This document shows, piece by piece, positions 1 through 11,847 of a stretch of 64,000 bases of DNA (its first letter is position 1; each line of letters opens with the position of its first letter). The translations under genes and the position numbers were made by a program. The notes beneath the pieces are model-generated. The model made no database searches. It was not told where the DNA came from and saw only the letters and a list, made by a program, of their open reading frames with translations. Source of the DNA: Bryobacterales bacterium (GTDB lineage: Bacteria; Acidobacteriota; Terriglobia; Bryobacterales; UBA6623); contig OY729427.2 in the NCBI GenBank assembly GCA_963422375.2, positions 992,001-1,056,000 on the forward strand, written 5' to 3'.

Positions 1-161
1 AGCCGATGAAGTACTCCCTGCTTGATTATCCAGCGTACTTCAACTTGATTGGGTATCCAATTCCTAGACGAGACAGCTTCTTAGCACTGCTCTCTACTGA
101 AAACCTGATTCGTCGGTGTGACGCAGAATGCTGGAATGTTACGAACTTAGGCTTTATTTGG

Positions 162-1668
162 GGGAATTATATATCTGAGTGCCGACAACGCCATGTCCGA
201 CTAGAACTGCTCTGAGCAGGGAGGCCGATGTCGAGCTCGGGTCATTCGAGTGCGGCCGCGGTGGGCACGGAAGGGTGGGATCGCATCTGAATCGAACCTG
301 CCAGCGGACTTGACGAGGCACGGATTGGAGAGGCCCCCTCGCGCCCCGGTGGAACCCGGTTGGCGGTGGAGGGGCACCCCTTGCAAGCCGATTGCGTGCC
401 CTCCGAGGGCCGAAGACAGGGGATCCCCGGCACTCGACGGCCTGCATCGACGGACCGGACCGGACACGGGTCGCGCCGGGGGATTCCGGACCCGGTGCGC
501 CCCTCGCACCGAGCGCGAAGAGTGCGCCCGCAGCGGGCCGCCGCGCTCAGCTCGGCGGGTGCCGCTCAGGCCGCGACCGCGGCTTTGCCGGTCAGCTGCC
601 GGCAGGTCAGCGTCCGGCCGACCAGGCCCCGCGCCATGCGCCGCATCTGTTCCGCCGTGTCGCAGTCGCGGTCGTTGCACCGTCCCGCGAACTCCGTCAG
701 GTAGCGCCCGAGATGACGGACGCTCATCCGGTGATAGGTTCCGTACAGGCCGCGCTTGAACAGGGACCAAGACGACTCGATGCCGTTCGCATGCGCTGCC
801 CCGCGCACGTACTCGCCGCCGGAGCGCCGGAGTGCCTGACGGCTTCGTGCGGGAACTCCGCCATGCCGGCGCAGGCCGCCGCCTCGTCGGAGCGGACCTG
901 CGCCCCCGGCGCGACGCGGGCGCGCACGAAGCCCTGCAGGTCGCCCTCGGTCGTGCCCGGCGGCGGCCGCGCGGCCACTGCGTTCGTGGCGCGGTCGCGC
1001 GCCCCCGCCACGGGCGTCTTGCCGACGGGCCCGCGCCCGGCGCGGGCCTTCTTCCTCTCGTGCTTGTTGCGTTCCTTGCCGCCGACGTAGGTCTCGCCCA
1101 CCTCCACCGGGCCGGCGAACGGGCCCTGATCCCGCTCCCGGCACGCGCGGATGCGGTGCGCCAGATGCCAGGCCGACTTCCGGCTGACGCCTAGGTCGCG
1201 GTGCAGCTTCATGCTCGAGACGCCCTTGATGCCGGTAGTCAGCAGGAACAGGGCGACGGCCCGGGTGCGGTAGCCGAGCTTGGTATCGGCCGTCACGCTG
1301 CCGGTGCGCACCGAAAAGCGCTTGCCGCAGCCGCGGCAACGGTACGGCATCGAAGGGTGGGCTGTGCCGCCCTGCACGCTGGATCCGCGGCAGTGGGGGC
1401 ACGCGGGGCCGTCCGGCCAGCGCATGGCAGCGAACCATCTTTCCGCGGATTCGTCATCGGGGAACATGGCGATCACTTCGATCAATGTGATGCCTCTACG
1501 AAACCACTTTCCGGGACCTTGATTCTTCATTAACGGTATCCTATACTGGAACTATTCTACCAAGAAACACCACCGAATGTCAACGGAAATCCGGAAGAAA
1601 CAGGAAAATATCTAATGGCATGATAATTTGCCGAATTGGTTCCCTCGGCACTCAGATATATAATTCCC
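162..1668 (-). mobile_element. IS1595-family insertion sequence
   Basis: Perfect 24-bp terminal IR GGGAATTATATATCTGAGTGCCGA (162-185 and 1645-1668); imperfect T-rich flanking duplication; contains a transposase. Confidence 0.9.
566..1530 (-). pseudogene. IS1595 transposase, frameshifted
   Basis: Zn ribbon CPHC/CRGC, VEVGETYVGG (catalytic D changed to G), NGIESSWS and RYLTEF in another frame; frameshift near 810-840. Confidence 0.85.
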
Positions 1669-3710
1669 TTATTTTGCTTGCGAAACGCCTTGATGATCAC
1701 TGGGGTCTCAGTCGCAAAGCACTGCGAATCATTCAGTATCGCAACAGCGGCCGGATTGAGGCCCTTCGAGAGGAAACTGGGATGCGGAGATACGCTCATG
1801 GATTCGAGGAATTGATCAAACTCATCAATCTGATGCAGCCCGCCAACGAAGTAATTGGTGACGCTCTTAGAAAACAGGTGCTTACCTTTCCGGAAGCGGC
1901 GATACGGGAACTCGTGGCAAACGCTTTGATCGATCAGGATCTCGCTATCACTGGCGCAGGTACGCTAGTCGAGATTTTCGAGAACCGCATCGAGATTACG
2001 AACCCCGGCGAGCCGCTGGTTGATGCACAGCGCTTCGTAGACTCACCGCCCCGTTCGCGCAACGAGGCTCTCGCCTCATTCATGCGCCGAATCGGCATAT
2101 ACGAAGAACGCGGAAGCGGTTGGGACAAGATCGCACTTCAGTGCGAGATCCACCAGATGCCGGCTCCCCGCATTGAGGTGGTCGGCGGGTAAACTCGCGT
2201 GGTACTGTTCGCGCCTCGCCACCTGTCAACCATGGACAGGGCGGAACGAGTGCGAACGATGTATCTCCACGCCCGCCTGCAGTACGTAGGTCGCAGCTTC
2301 CTTACCAACGCCTCGGTACGAGAGCGGTTCGCTATCGAGCAACGGAATAGCGCCCGGGCATCACGACTGATTTCGGAGGCAGTCGACTACGGCGTGATCG
2401 CACTATACGACCCAACAGCAGCTCCCAAGTTCAGGCGCTACGTGCCGTGGTGGGCAGATTCGGAGAGTTCCACTCCTCCCGCTTGACCGGGATCTCGATG
2501 GCCGAGCGTTGCCGGATCAGCGGCCTTGCCAAGGTGGAGAGATCTACCCTTGGTCGCTGTAGACGGCAATTCCTCAGCCTTGAGTGCGGTTGCGGAGAGC
2601 GGGAGCGACACCCTTTCACGCGGACCGGCTGCCTCGGCCCGTCGCACGTCAATCCGACGCGAGAGCAGAGAAGCGGCCACGGCTGAGGACGGGCCTTCAA
2701 TTCCGGCTGCAAAGCGTGCATCCGGTGCGTATAGCGACCGGTTGCGATCGACGCCGGTACTTGATCGAATGCAGCGCACTAGGCTCGCTATAGTGGGGCC
2801 GTGACCCGCAATGTCTTAGTTCTCAGTGGTTTACGAGGATGAACGTTACTTGATGGACACTTGATGGAGTACGCCCATAGACTGATCGGACAAGTGCTAG
2901 CACATGGTCGCCGACGCATGTCGGCAGTAGTGTAAGCCGACGGTGCCGGCCTCGATCTCCATTGGGCTACCGGCACCAGCGCCTGAAGGCCGGCCGCAGA
3001 AGCTCTGCCGCGAGATGCGACTGCTCCAGACATCGTGCCATCGACCACAGCCGAGCCGTCCCTTGCCGCCGCAAGCGAAAGCCAATGTTGCGGGGTGCCA
3101 CTCAAGCTCTCGGTGAATCGCAGACACGACGCCGCGTCAACGTTGGCTTCAACCGGTCCTAGGTCTAGGTGGATGATCCGCGTAGATCTTTCTTGACGGC
3201 CATTTGGCGGACTCGGCGAGAAGAGTTCCAAGCTCCACCCACTGACGGGCGAAGCAAGTCCGAAGGCAGCGGCTCGGCACCGGCTCTCAAGCTCATGGCC
3301 GACCACCGAACTTGATCTCGAAGCCGACGAGACATGAGTCGGCCGCAATCCGGCGCTAGAGTCAGCGACAACCGCCGGAGCCAGCGCTGGCATCGGTCGA
3401 ATCTCATTGGACAGACGGGTCTCGTCCCCTCGGGAACACCGAATGCACGAGCCCGGGCAGCGATTGCCGGGGCTCGGACACAACCAGACGCTGCGCCTAT
3501 CGCGAGGGTGCCCGGAATATGGCCCCTGTACCCGCCGGCGCCCAGCAGGCGGTCCCCGTTGGATTGAACTGCGCCAGGCACGCGGTCATGAATGCCCGAC
3601 GGCAGCCCGCCAAGCATCAAGATGATCCGAGGGCGGACATTGCTCGGCACGGATTGCGTCGCCTGCCGAGGCATTCCCGGGGCCCTCGACCGGACCGAAA
3701 TCCCAGCCCG

Positions 3711-6365
3711 CTATCGCGTTGCAAAGGCCTCCGAGCCCACGGCTTCCAGAATCAAGTCGCGGAACCCGTTCCCGCGGGACTTAGCCGCCGCCACGATCCG
3801 CTCGACCTCGCGACGGTCCCTGAAAGTCAGGGCGCGACCGGTTGCGTAGACCAGTAGCTTGCCGACTAGGCAGCCCGAGAACATGTCTATGTGCTCGACA
3901 ACGTAGCGCTTCAAAGCCGGGGTGTCGTCCAAGCGCGTGCCGTCCGCGAGAAGGCCGACCGAGTCCACCAGAGGCCCGGCCGCGGTGCCCTTACCAACGG
4001 TCGAGTAGAACTCCTCGTTCAGGGCCTCCGAGCCGTCCTCGGGTTGGGTGTAGACAGGATAGTGGTCTCGCCAGAGGCCCACCGGATCGAAACTCTCCAG
4101 GACCATGCCAAGCGGGTCGATCCGGTCGTGACAGCGGGCACAGGTGGGGTCGGCCCGGTGCGCGGCCAGCTGGTCGCGGATTAGAGTCGCGCCGCTCGTG
4201 TCGGGGGCAATCGCCGGAACGTCGGGGGGCGGCTCGGGTGCAGGCGTGCCGAACACGTTTTCGAGCAGCCACACGCCGCGATGCACAGGGTTGGTGTCTA
4301 CCCCGTTCGCGGTCGCCATCATGACGGCGGCGAGGCTGAGGATGCCTCCGTACCGGCCGCCAGTCTCGAATGTCACCCTGCGCATCTCAGGACCTTCGAG
4401 GTCGTCGCCGTAAATCTTGTTGAGGCGCGCGTTTCGGTAGCTGAACCCGGGATCGATGAAGGCCTCGAGGGAAAGGTCTTCGCGGAGGATCTCGGCAAAG
4501 AGCATCTCGGCCTCCGCGATCATCGCGTCGCGATTCGCGTCCCCGAACTGAATCAGGCGAGGATCCGGCATGATCCCCCGCAGGAGCCGTGTCGAGAGCC
4601 ACTGGCCCGTGAAGCTCCTGACGAACCGATCGCTGGCTTGGCTGAGCAGCAGCCGCTCGGCCTCCTTCGCAAGCACGGCCGGGTCAGACAGCGCCCCCCC
4701 GCTTGCCGCCGTCGCCAGCGCGTCATCCGGCGGCGCTGACGTGATGAAGTAGCTGAGCCGGCTCGCGAGATCGAACGAGTCGAGCGGGCCCGGGCGTAAG
4801 CCTCGATACAGGAAGTTCGGCGAAACCAACGCACGGCGCAGGACAAGGTGCAGGGCGTCCTCGATTCGCGCGCCGGGGATGTCCCTCAAGTACCCCGCGG
4901 CGAGGGCCGCATAGGCTTCGACCTGGCCTTCCTCCACGGGACGGCGGAATGCCCGGGGAAGAAAGCGGCCGATTACGGTTCTGGCGTGCTCCTCGTCTGT
5001 GGTGCCCGGTGCCCGCTCGCCGAGGAATCGCTCGCTGCGGGCCCGTCGCGCGCGCGTCGCGTCGTCTTCAACCAGCCGCAGCGGCCCTTCGACCTCGATA
5101 CCCGATAGGTCGACGGCCGGTCCGAAGCGAAACAGCTCTTGGTGAACGAAGCCCTTGATCCAGTTGTGCGGGGCACTCGACAGGCCCCCGCCCCAGACCT
5201 CGGGCAGCTTGTCGAGGCGCGGGTCGTGCAGGTCGAGATTGCCGCTATCCATCAGAGCGCGGATCGCTTCGTACAGCTCTTTCTCCGTGGTACTTCGCGC
5301 CCCTCCGCCGAATTCGAGCATCGCGGCGTAGAAAAGGCGGTCCCGCGTCAAGCGGTCCGCCAGGAAGGCATGGGAAAAGTCGCGGCGCGGCGGATCCGAG
5401 TAGGCCGGCCCGTTCTCCCAACGGATCCCGAACGTCTCGCCTGCGAGAAGTTCGATCTCGGCGGTCAGGGTCCTGGGCGCAGATCCGCCCGGGTGAACAT
5501 CGAACTCCGCGAGTATGCGCAGATCGCCGAACGGGGCGTATACCTCATCGGCCTTGGGCCTCGCGTAGATCTGCAAGCGAAAGGGCTGTGCCCGCTGCTC
5601 GTAGAACATGCGGTCGGTCTCGTACCCGACTGCGTTGAATGTCAGACGGTAGATCCCGCTCTGCCGCGCCTCGAACCGGACCGGCCAAGCCGCCACGTTG
5701 GCCATGTTCCGCGACGACACGATCCGGAAGGCTCCGTCTCCTACCAGGCCGCCCGCGCCGGTTGCGAGGCCGTCCCGACCGAGCCTGTGCAACTTGCTGG
5801 CCGCCGCCGTCGCGCCCCGCGCCGGCGGCAGGACCTCGTCGGCGACGTGCGTGGCTAGCACAAGGTACTGCGCCATGAGAGGCGGAGAGAGAACCAGCCC
5901 TTCCCCGTTGTTGTCGAAGCCGTGTCTGGAGTCGTCCGCGGGAAAGGAGTGCGGTACCTCGAAGTCGGGCAGGTTGAACAGGGAACGGATCGAATTCTCG
6001 TACTCGTAGCGGTTGAGGCGCCGCGGCACGCTAGCACCCGAGGCGGTATGCGAGAGGAGCTGCCCTTCAAGCCACCCCGCCATCCGCTCCCGCTCGACCT
6101 CAGAGGGCTGGCCCGCCCCGCGGGGCGGCATCAGCTTGGTCTCGAGAACGTCGTAGACGCGCTCCCAGAGTGCCGTTGCCTCGCCCGACGTCCAGTCGAT
6201 GCCGGAGCCGTCGAGCCGGATCCCGGCCTGGGCCTGCTCGCCGGCATGGCAGGCCACGCAGTTCCGGTCTAGGAACCCGCGCGACTCGGCGGGCATCGAT
6301 GCAGCATTGAGCGCCGAGGCAACGAAGAGAGTCGCCGCACCGAGGGGACCGGCCAGTCGGAACAT
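3711..6365 (-). CDS. DUF1592/DUF1588/DUF1587/DUF1585/DUF1595 protein with cytochrome c motifs
   Basis: Signal peptide, CVACH and CARCH haem motifs, RRLNRYEYENSIR, LASRLSYF, PVHRGVWLL; start may instead be GTG 6380. Confidence 0.9.
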   Translation of the reverse strand: MFRLAGPLGAATLFVASALNAASMPAESRGFLDRNCVACHAGEQAQAGIRLDGSGIDWTSGEATALWERVYDVLETKLMPPRGAGQPSEVERERMAGWLEGQLLSHTASGASVPRRLNRYEYENSIRSLFNLPDFEVPHSFPADDSRHGFDNNGEGLVLSPPLMAQYLVLATHVADEVLPPARGATAAASKLHRLGRDGLATGAGGLVGDGAFRIVSSRNMANVAAWPVRFEARQSGIYRLTFNAVGYETDRMFYEQRAQPFRLQIYARPKADEVYAPFGDLRILAEFDVHPGGSAPRTLTAEIELLAGETFGIRWENGPAYSDPPRRDFSHAFLADRLTRDRLFYAAMLEFGGGARSTTEKELYEAIRALMDSGNLDLHDPRLDKLPEVWGGGLSSAPHNWIKGFVHQELFRFGPAVDLSGIEVEGPLRLVEDDATRARRARSERFLGERAPGTTDEEHARTVIGRFLPRAFRRPVEEGQVEAYAALAAGYLRDIPGARIEDALHLVLRRALVSPNFLYRGLRPGPLDSFDLASRLSYFITSAPPDDALATAASGGALSDPAVLAKEAERLLLSQASDRFVRSFTGQWLSTRLLRGIMPDPRLIQFGDANRDAMIAEAEMLFAEILREDLSLEAFIDPGFSYRNARLNKIYGDDLEGPEMRRVTFETGGRYGGILSLAAVMMATANGVDTNPVHRGVWLLENVFGTPAPEPPPDVPAIAPDTSGATLIRDQLAAHRADPTCARCHDRIDPLGMVLESFDPVGLWRDHYPVYTQPEDGSEALNEEFYSTVGKGTAAGPLVDSVGLLADGTRLDDTPALKRYVVEHIDMFSGCLVGKLLVYATGRALTFRDRREVERIVAAAKSRGNGFRDLILEAVGSEAFATR

Positions 6366-6376
6366 CGTCGGGAACC

Positions 6377-7642
6377 TCACGCCACAAGTTCGTCCAGGTT
6401 GCTCTCCCCGCCAGCGAACTTGTCCACGTCGATGCCGAACCGCTGCAGCAGAGAGAGGTACAGGTCCCCGAGCAACCTTGGATTCGGAGCGTCGCGCTCG
6501 ATCCGCCAATGCGAACCGTGCCGGAACGCCCCGCCCAGCAGCACTGTGGGGAGATTGCTGTTGTCGTGCGTGTTGGCGTTGCCCATGCCGCTACCGAAGA
6601 CCACGGCCGCGGTGTCGAGGAGCGACCGACCGTGCTCGTCCTTGGCCTTGTCCAGCTTGTCGAGAAACCGGCCGAACCGCCGGACGTGCTCGATGCCGAC
6701 CAAGTTGTAGTCCGCGATCCGCACCGGGTTGTTCCCGTGATGGGAGAGGCCGTGGTAGCCCGCGCTCAGCTTGCGCCCTCCGATGGTGAACACTTGGCTC
6801 CAGCCCGGAACGAGGAAGGTCGCCACGCGGGTGGAATCGGTCGTCAAGGCCAGCGCCATCAGGTCGTACATGATGGACTCGCACTCCAGGGCGAGATCCG
6901 GGGCGACCGGGTCAAACTCGGGCAGCGGGTAGTCGACCCGCGGCACGGGCCGGTCCAGCCACAGGCGCTGCTTGCGGAGGTCCTTCTCGACCTGCCGCAC
7001 GGAGGCGAAATACTCGCCGAGCTTCTCGCGGTCGCTGGCAGTGACGCTCCTCGCCAGCGCCTTGGCTTCCTGTGTCACTCCGTCCAGCACGCTGCGATTG
7101 CTGGCAAGCAGGTACTCGAGGCGGGCGCTGTCGTCGGAGGAGCGGAACAGCGTCTGGTAGAGCACGCTGGGGCGGCCGATCATGGGCAGCGCCACGCCCT
7201 CCTTGGTGAAGCTCATCCGGGCGGGGTCGGGCGGAGTGCCGCAAGTGAGCTGCAGGGACGCGAACCGCGTGTGGTCCCCTACCTTGTCCGCAACCAGCTG
7301 GTCCATCGAAACGCTGCCGGTGGCCGACCCGCTCATCCAGGCCTGCCAGCCGCCGTGGCCGTTGCGGCCCCGGTGATCGAGCCCGGAAAAGACCGTGAGC
7401 CGGTCGCGGTAGGACTCCAACGGCTTGAGGACGGGCGAGAACTCAAAGCCGGGCCCCGTCCGCTGGGGAAAGAAGTCGGGCTGGTGGAAGCCCAGATAGG
7501 TACCGACGCAGACCAAGCGCTGCAACGGCGCCGGGTCCTGCTGCAACCCACGCAAGGGCTTGGGCGACAGAGACTCCAGCATCGGGAGCGCCAAGCTCCC
7601 GCCGACTCCCTGAAGGAACTTGCGACGGCCGGGTTGGTGCAT
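6377..7642 (-). CDS. DUF1552 domain protein
   Basis: RRKFLQGVG..LALPMLES, SMDQ, DSTRVAT, YHGLSHH, GSGMGNANTH; usual partner of DUF1592 genes. Confidence 0.9.
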   Translation of the reverse strand: MHQPGRRKFLQGVGGSLALPMLESLSPKPLRGLQQDPAPLQRLVCVGTYLGFHQPDFFPQRTGPGFEFSPVLKPLESYRDRLTVFSGLDHRGRNGHGGWQAWMSGSATGSVSMDQLVADKVGDHTRFASLQLTCGTPPDPARMSFTKEGVALPMIGRPSVLYQTLFRSSDDSARLEYLLASNRSVLDGVTQEAKALARSVTASDREKLGEYFASVRQVEKDLRKQRLWLDRPVPRVDYPLPEFDPVAPDLALECESIMYDLMALALTTDSTRVATFLVPGWSQVFTIGGRKLSAGYHGLSHHGNNPVRIADYNLVGIEHVRRFGRFLDKLDKAKDEHGRSLLDTAAVVFGSGMGNANTHDNSNLPTVLLGGAFRHGSHWRIERDAPNPRLLGDLYLSLLQRFGIDVDKFAGGESNLDELVA

Positions 7643-7882
7643 TGCAGCTGCGATTCTAGCGCGATCCAAAGGTTTCTGCCTCCTCCGGGGGGCGTAGATC
7701 GGCTACATTCCGCGGGTGGGTGGCGGGAGAGACGTGACTCCCCGGAAAGGCGTCCCCGCCGCTCGCGAGCGCGAGCCGCAGGACCAAGCGCAGGTTGGGA
7801 GGCACAGACTGGCTGCCGGGTGCCACGCTCTGCCCGGCCAGGCATACTATGCTGTCCATCAGAAAGCTGGTCTCGAACACAC

Positions 7883-8899
7883 ATGAAGCCCTTGGTCGCA
7901 CTCCTCCTCGCCGCCGCGCTGGCTCCGCTCGGAGCGCAGCAGCGCAAGGTGGTCGTCATCGGGCAGTCGCCCGACCTCGTCGCCGAACTCCGCGCCGGCA
8001 AGCCCGCGAACGTGACGATCGCGCACGTCACGGACCGCGGTGCCGGGGACTCAAACCTCTTGCGGGAAGTGGCGGACGCTCACGCGGTGATCGGCAATCC
8101 GACCTTGGCCGTGGTCCAGGCCGCGAAGACCCTCCGGTGGGTGCAGATTACCAGCGCCGGAGTGAAGCCCTACCTGTATCCGGAACTAGTCGAGAGCGAC
8201 GTGGTCATGACGAACGCCCAGACCCTGTCGTCCGCCGCGATCGCCGACCACGGCTTTGCCATGCTGCTGGCGCTCACGCGACAGCTGAACCACTTCATTG
8301 TCGAGCGACCGAAGGAGACTTGGCGAGGCGGCAACTACGGCTTGACGGAACTGGAGGGCATGACAGCGCTGGTCATCGGGACCGGCGGCATCGGATCCAA
8401 CGTGGCCAAGCGGGCCAAGGGATTCGGCATGAGGGTGATCGGCGTGGACCCGGAAGAGTTCCCGCCACGGGTGAGCTTCGACCGCATGGTCTTCCCGGAC
8501 CGCTTGGACCAAGTGATTCCCGAAGCGGATGCGGTCTTCGTCTGCGCGCCCCACACCAAGGACAGCGAAGGGATGCTCGGAGCCGCCCAATTCGAACTTA
8601 TGAAACGCGGAAGCTACTTCATCGCCCTTTCGAGGGGAAGGGTCTACGACATGCCCTCGCTGGTGAAGGCCCTCGACAGCAAGCGCTTGGCGGGAGCCGG
8701 GGTCGACGTCACCGATCCCGAGCCGCTGCCGGCAGGGCATCCGCTGTGGAAGTTCGAGAACGCAATCATCACGCCGCACGTCGCCACGCAAGGGCGGCTC
8801 GGGGGCGAGTTGCGGATTCAGGTGTACCGAGAGAACATCGCACGCTTCGCTGTCGGCGAGCGGTTGCGCAACGTCGTCGACATGCGCAAGGAGTACTGA
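7883..8899 (+). CDS. D-2-hydroxyacid dehydrogenase family protein with N-terminal signal-like sequence
   Basis: GTGGIG Rossmann motif, SRG, DVTDPEPLP, ITPHVA; real start MKPLVALLL at 7883. Confidence 0.9.
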   Translation: MKPLVALLLAAALAPLGAQQRKVVVIGQSPDLVAELRAGKPANVTIAHVTDRGAGDSNLLREVADAHAVIGNPTLAVVQAAKTLRWVQITSAGVKPYLYPELVESDVVMTNAQTLSSAAIADHGFAMLLALTRQLNHFIVERPKETWRGGNYGLTELEGMTALVIGTGGIGSNVAKRAKGFGMRVIGVDPEEFPPRVSFDRMVFPDRLDQVIPEADAVFVCAPHTKDSEGMLGAAQFELMKRGSYFIALSRGRVYDMPSLVKALDSKRLAGAGVDVTDPEPLPAGHPLWKFENAIITPHVATQGRLGGELRIQVYRENIARFAVGERLRNVVDMRKEY

Positions 8900-9567
8900 G
8901 GGCGCGGAAGGAGCGAGCGTCTGCGATGAGCTAGGATGAGGTGAGGCGTGGGTGCCTAGCGGGCGTCCTGTGACGGCGTAGCACTAGAGCACGCGAGGCG
9001 AAGCGCGATACGATTACATCCGCCATTGTTAAATGGTGAACACACATGGACTCGAACAGCCCAATCCACCGTCTCAGGAGATACGAGTGGAACGACGTTG
9101 GATTCAAGAAAGCTCAGCGGGGTGTTCCAACCACTGCATACGAGACTGTCTCTGCGTTTTCGCACACCCCGGGAGGACACCTAGGCTTCGGAGTCGTAGA
9201 AAGTCCTAGCGGGCTCGACATTGTCGGTGTCCTAGACTTCGATAGAGTACAGAACGCTATTCTGACTGTTCTGCGATCCGGTCAAAAGTTTAATCAACAG
9301 GTAGAAGTTAGAGAGCACGTGATCAAATGTCAAGGGACATGACTTCTCATCTTTGAGATCCTGGAAGCAGGAAAAACCGATCTATCTGAATGGTGATATA
9401 CGGAAAACATTTATTCGGCGAGGTGCTTGTAACGAGCATTGTTTTCCAACCGAGTTCAATAGGATGTTGCGAGATACATCGGATCAGCGGTACGACAGCG
9501 AGGTAGTTGATCAAGATCTGGAACGCTGCTTTGATCGGGCATCTCTTCGGTCGTACCGAAAGACATT

Positions 9568-10573
9568 CCTGATTACCCACAAGACTCAGCCAAGGTTAGG
9601 AGGCGGAAAGGCATGGGCGGGGTGCGCACGGAGGCGTGGAGCAGGCGGGGGACCAGCACCTCCGGATCGTAGCGGCCGTTGAAGCGGTAGCGGAACGCGG
9701 CGAGGTACCGCGGCAGGTGCTTGCCGTCGCGCGCATGGCAGGTTCCCGCCAGGGACTGCTTGACGTTCGCCAGCATCGTGCTGACCCGGACGAAGCGGGA
9801 ATCCCCGCAGCTCCGCTGCCCGCCTCCGGCGCCGGCCACGCCCCGCAAGCAGGCCGGGCCGTCGGAATGCACCTCCGTGCCGGGCTGCAAGTGCCGCCCG
9901 GCCCACGCTGCCAGCGTCTTCTTGCGCAAGCCCGCCACGCTGCTCAGGCGCATCCTTGCCGGCTGGCCGTCGGCGCTGACCTGCACGGCGGCCACGAACG
10001 GCGTCTTGCCCGCCGCGCCGCGACCGCGCTTGCCGCCGCTCCGCTCCCCGCCCCAGTCAGCGTCGTCCACCTGCACGATGCCGCCCGGCGGCACGCGCTC
10101 GTCGCGCTCCTTCATCACTTGCAAGAGCTTGTGCTTCATCTTCCAGGCCGTGTTCCGGCTGACCCCCAGCTGCCGCGCCAGTTCCAGCGACGAAACGCCG
10201 TGCTGGCCCTGCGTCAGCAGGTGCATCGCCAGGAACCGGACGGTCAGCGGCAGCTTGGTGGCGGCGAAGATCGTGCCGGCGACGAGGGAGGTCCGGCGGT
10301 GGCAGGCATGGCACTGCCAGAGCGTGCGGGAGCGGATGCGGCAGTGCCGGCGGGAGCCGCATTCCGGGCAGCGGAAGCCGGCCGGCCAGCGGGCCTTGAA
10401 GACGGCCTGCTCGCATGGCCCCTCGCTGCCGTAGCGCTGCAGGAACTTGCCCGGGCTGAGTCCCTTCTGGAATTGCACGCGATTGCGTTTCATCTGCTAG
10501 CCCCTTTCCTGTCAGAGATTTCCGACCTCCTTCAGCATAGCATATCCTCGGCTGACGTTCGTTGGTAATCAAG
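9568..10573 (-). mobile_element. IS1595-family IS (copy A); transposase ORF 9573-10493
   Basis: Ends CCTGATTACC / GGTAATCAAG; 8-bp TSD AAGACATT (9560-9567, 10574-10581); CPEC/CHAC, VQVDDA, SDG motifs; short in-frame deletion relative to the other copies. Confidence 0.95.
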
Positions 10574-11847
10574 AAGACATTTGAGTTAAGAAGACCAGAT
10601 CAAGACGACACAATAGCCGAGTTTGAATTCCTCCATCATTGGGGTCTATAAGTTGACACCAACGGGCGGTTTCTGCCAACACGGGCAGCGATTCTACTGT
10701 TTGGATCGGAGGCTTCTATTCTCAGTATCCTGCCCCGCCCTGTTATAGACTGGCAGTGGATGCAGAGGAAGTGGACGGAGGCATTCGCTAACACCCGCTG
10801 GGTTGACCGGATAGTCGAAGAAACGAACACTGTGTCAGCATGGAAAGCAGTCATGAAGATGTATCTTGCAAGATGCGAGAAACCTTTTTCGATGGATCCA
10901 GAGACTCTCGAACGGCATACACTTCCACCGACTTACATTACCTTCCAAGAAGCGGTGATCAATCTATTGATTCACCAAGACTACGCTTATCATGGGCGCA
11001 AACCCGTGATCCGCTCCTTTGATGATCGAGCTTCGCTATGGAACCCAGGAAACGCTTTCGTATCGGATGATAAGTTGCTGAAATCGGGTGAGAAGGACGT
11101 ACAAGATCCTAAGACTGTCACAGATTTTCGACGAATCGATCTCAGTGAACAAGCGGGAACTGGTCCTCGAGCATTCTTCAGTCAATGGACGCAGCTAGGG
11201 TTCGTACCACCGATGGTCAATAATGATCGGACAAAGAATTCCTTTAAAATCAACCTACTCAAGCAACCTTTATTGACCGACAGCCGAGTATTATCTCTTG
11301 CTCGTTCCGGTCTTGACGTCGACATGGATGAGGCGAGGATCTTAGCGCTTGCATGTCGAACAGGGAAACTGTACCACTCAGATGTGGGGACAGTGACAGG
11401 AGCGATTGGCGCTGAAACTCAAGATTCGCTTGATCGACTTGAATCGAAATCCATGATAACGCCACTAGAGGATAGTAAGACACCAACCTATATCGTTAGC
11501 GAACAAGTCAAGCATTTTCTAGAACATCCCGAGCACCAGATTGAACAAAGAACTTCTAGGGCGTCAATCCCTGTCTCTAGGCAAGTCTACGGACACCAAG
11601 GGAAGCTAGTCAGTGACTCAGTCACTGACCCAGCAGGTACATTTTGGGGCCTAAACGACGTAGAATCTGAGATTGTCGAGTCTTGCAATTCTCCCCGTTC
11701 CTTTTCGGAAATCGCTCGTCAGCTGAATTTCGCTGACAGAATTCTTCTTCGGCGAAATTATCTTGCCTCCCTGCTGAATCGGAGAATACTACGGATGACA
11801 TATCCAGACAAGCCGACTCATCCCAATCAAGCCTATGTATTAACCTA

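Larger units (their letters stand above)
1..2486 (+). pseudogene. HATPase_c_4 / RecG-C-like ATP-binding protein (AlbA_2-associated family); 5' end outside the window, split by IS1595
   Basis: LLDYPAYF...WNVTNLG (1-160) continues as ILLAKRL...FPEAAIRELVANALI...SPPRSRNEALASFMRRIGIYEERGSGWDKI after 1669; internal TAA at 2190-2192; wHTH-like tail ending YVPWW. Confidence 0.75.

Noticed and set aside
6509..7882. N-terminal 458 codons of the 796-aa plus-strand ORF
   Set aside because: Antisense shadow of the DUF1552 gene; the real dehydrogenase starts at 7883
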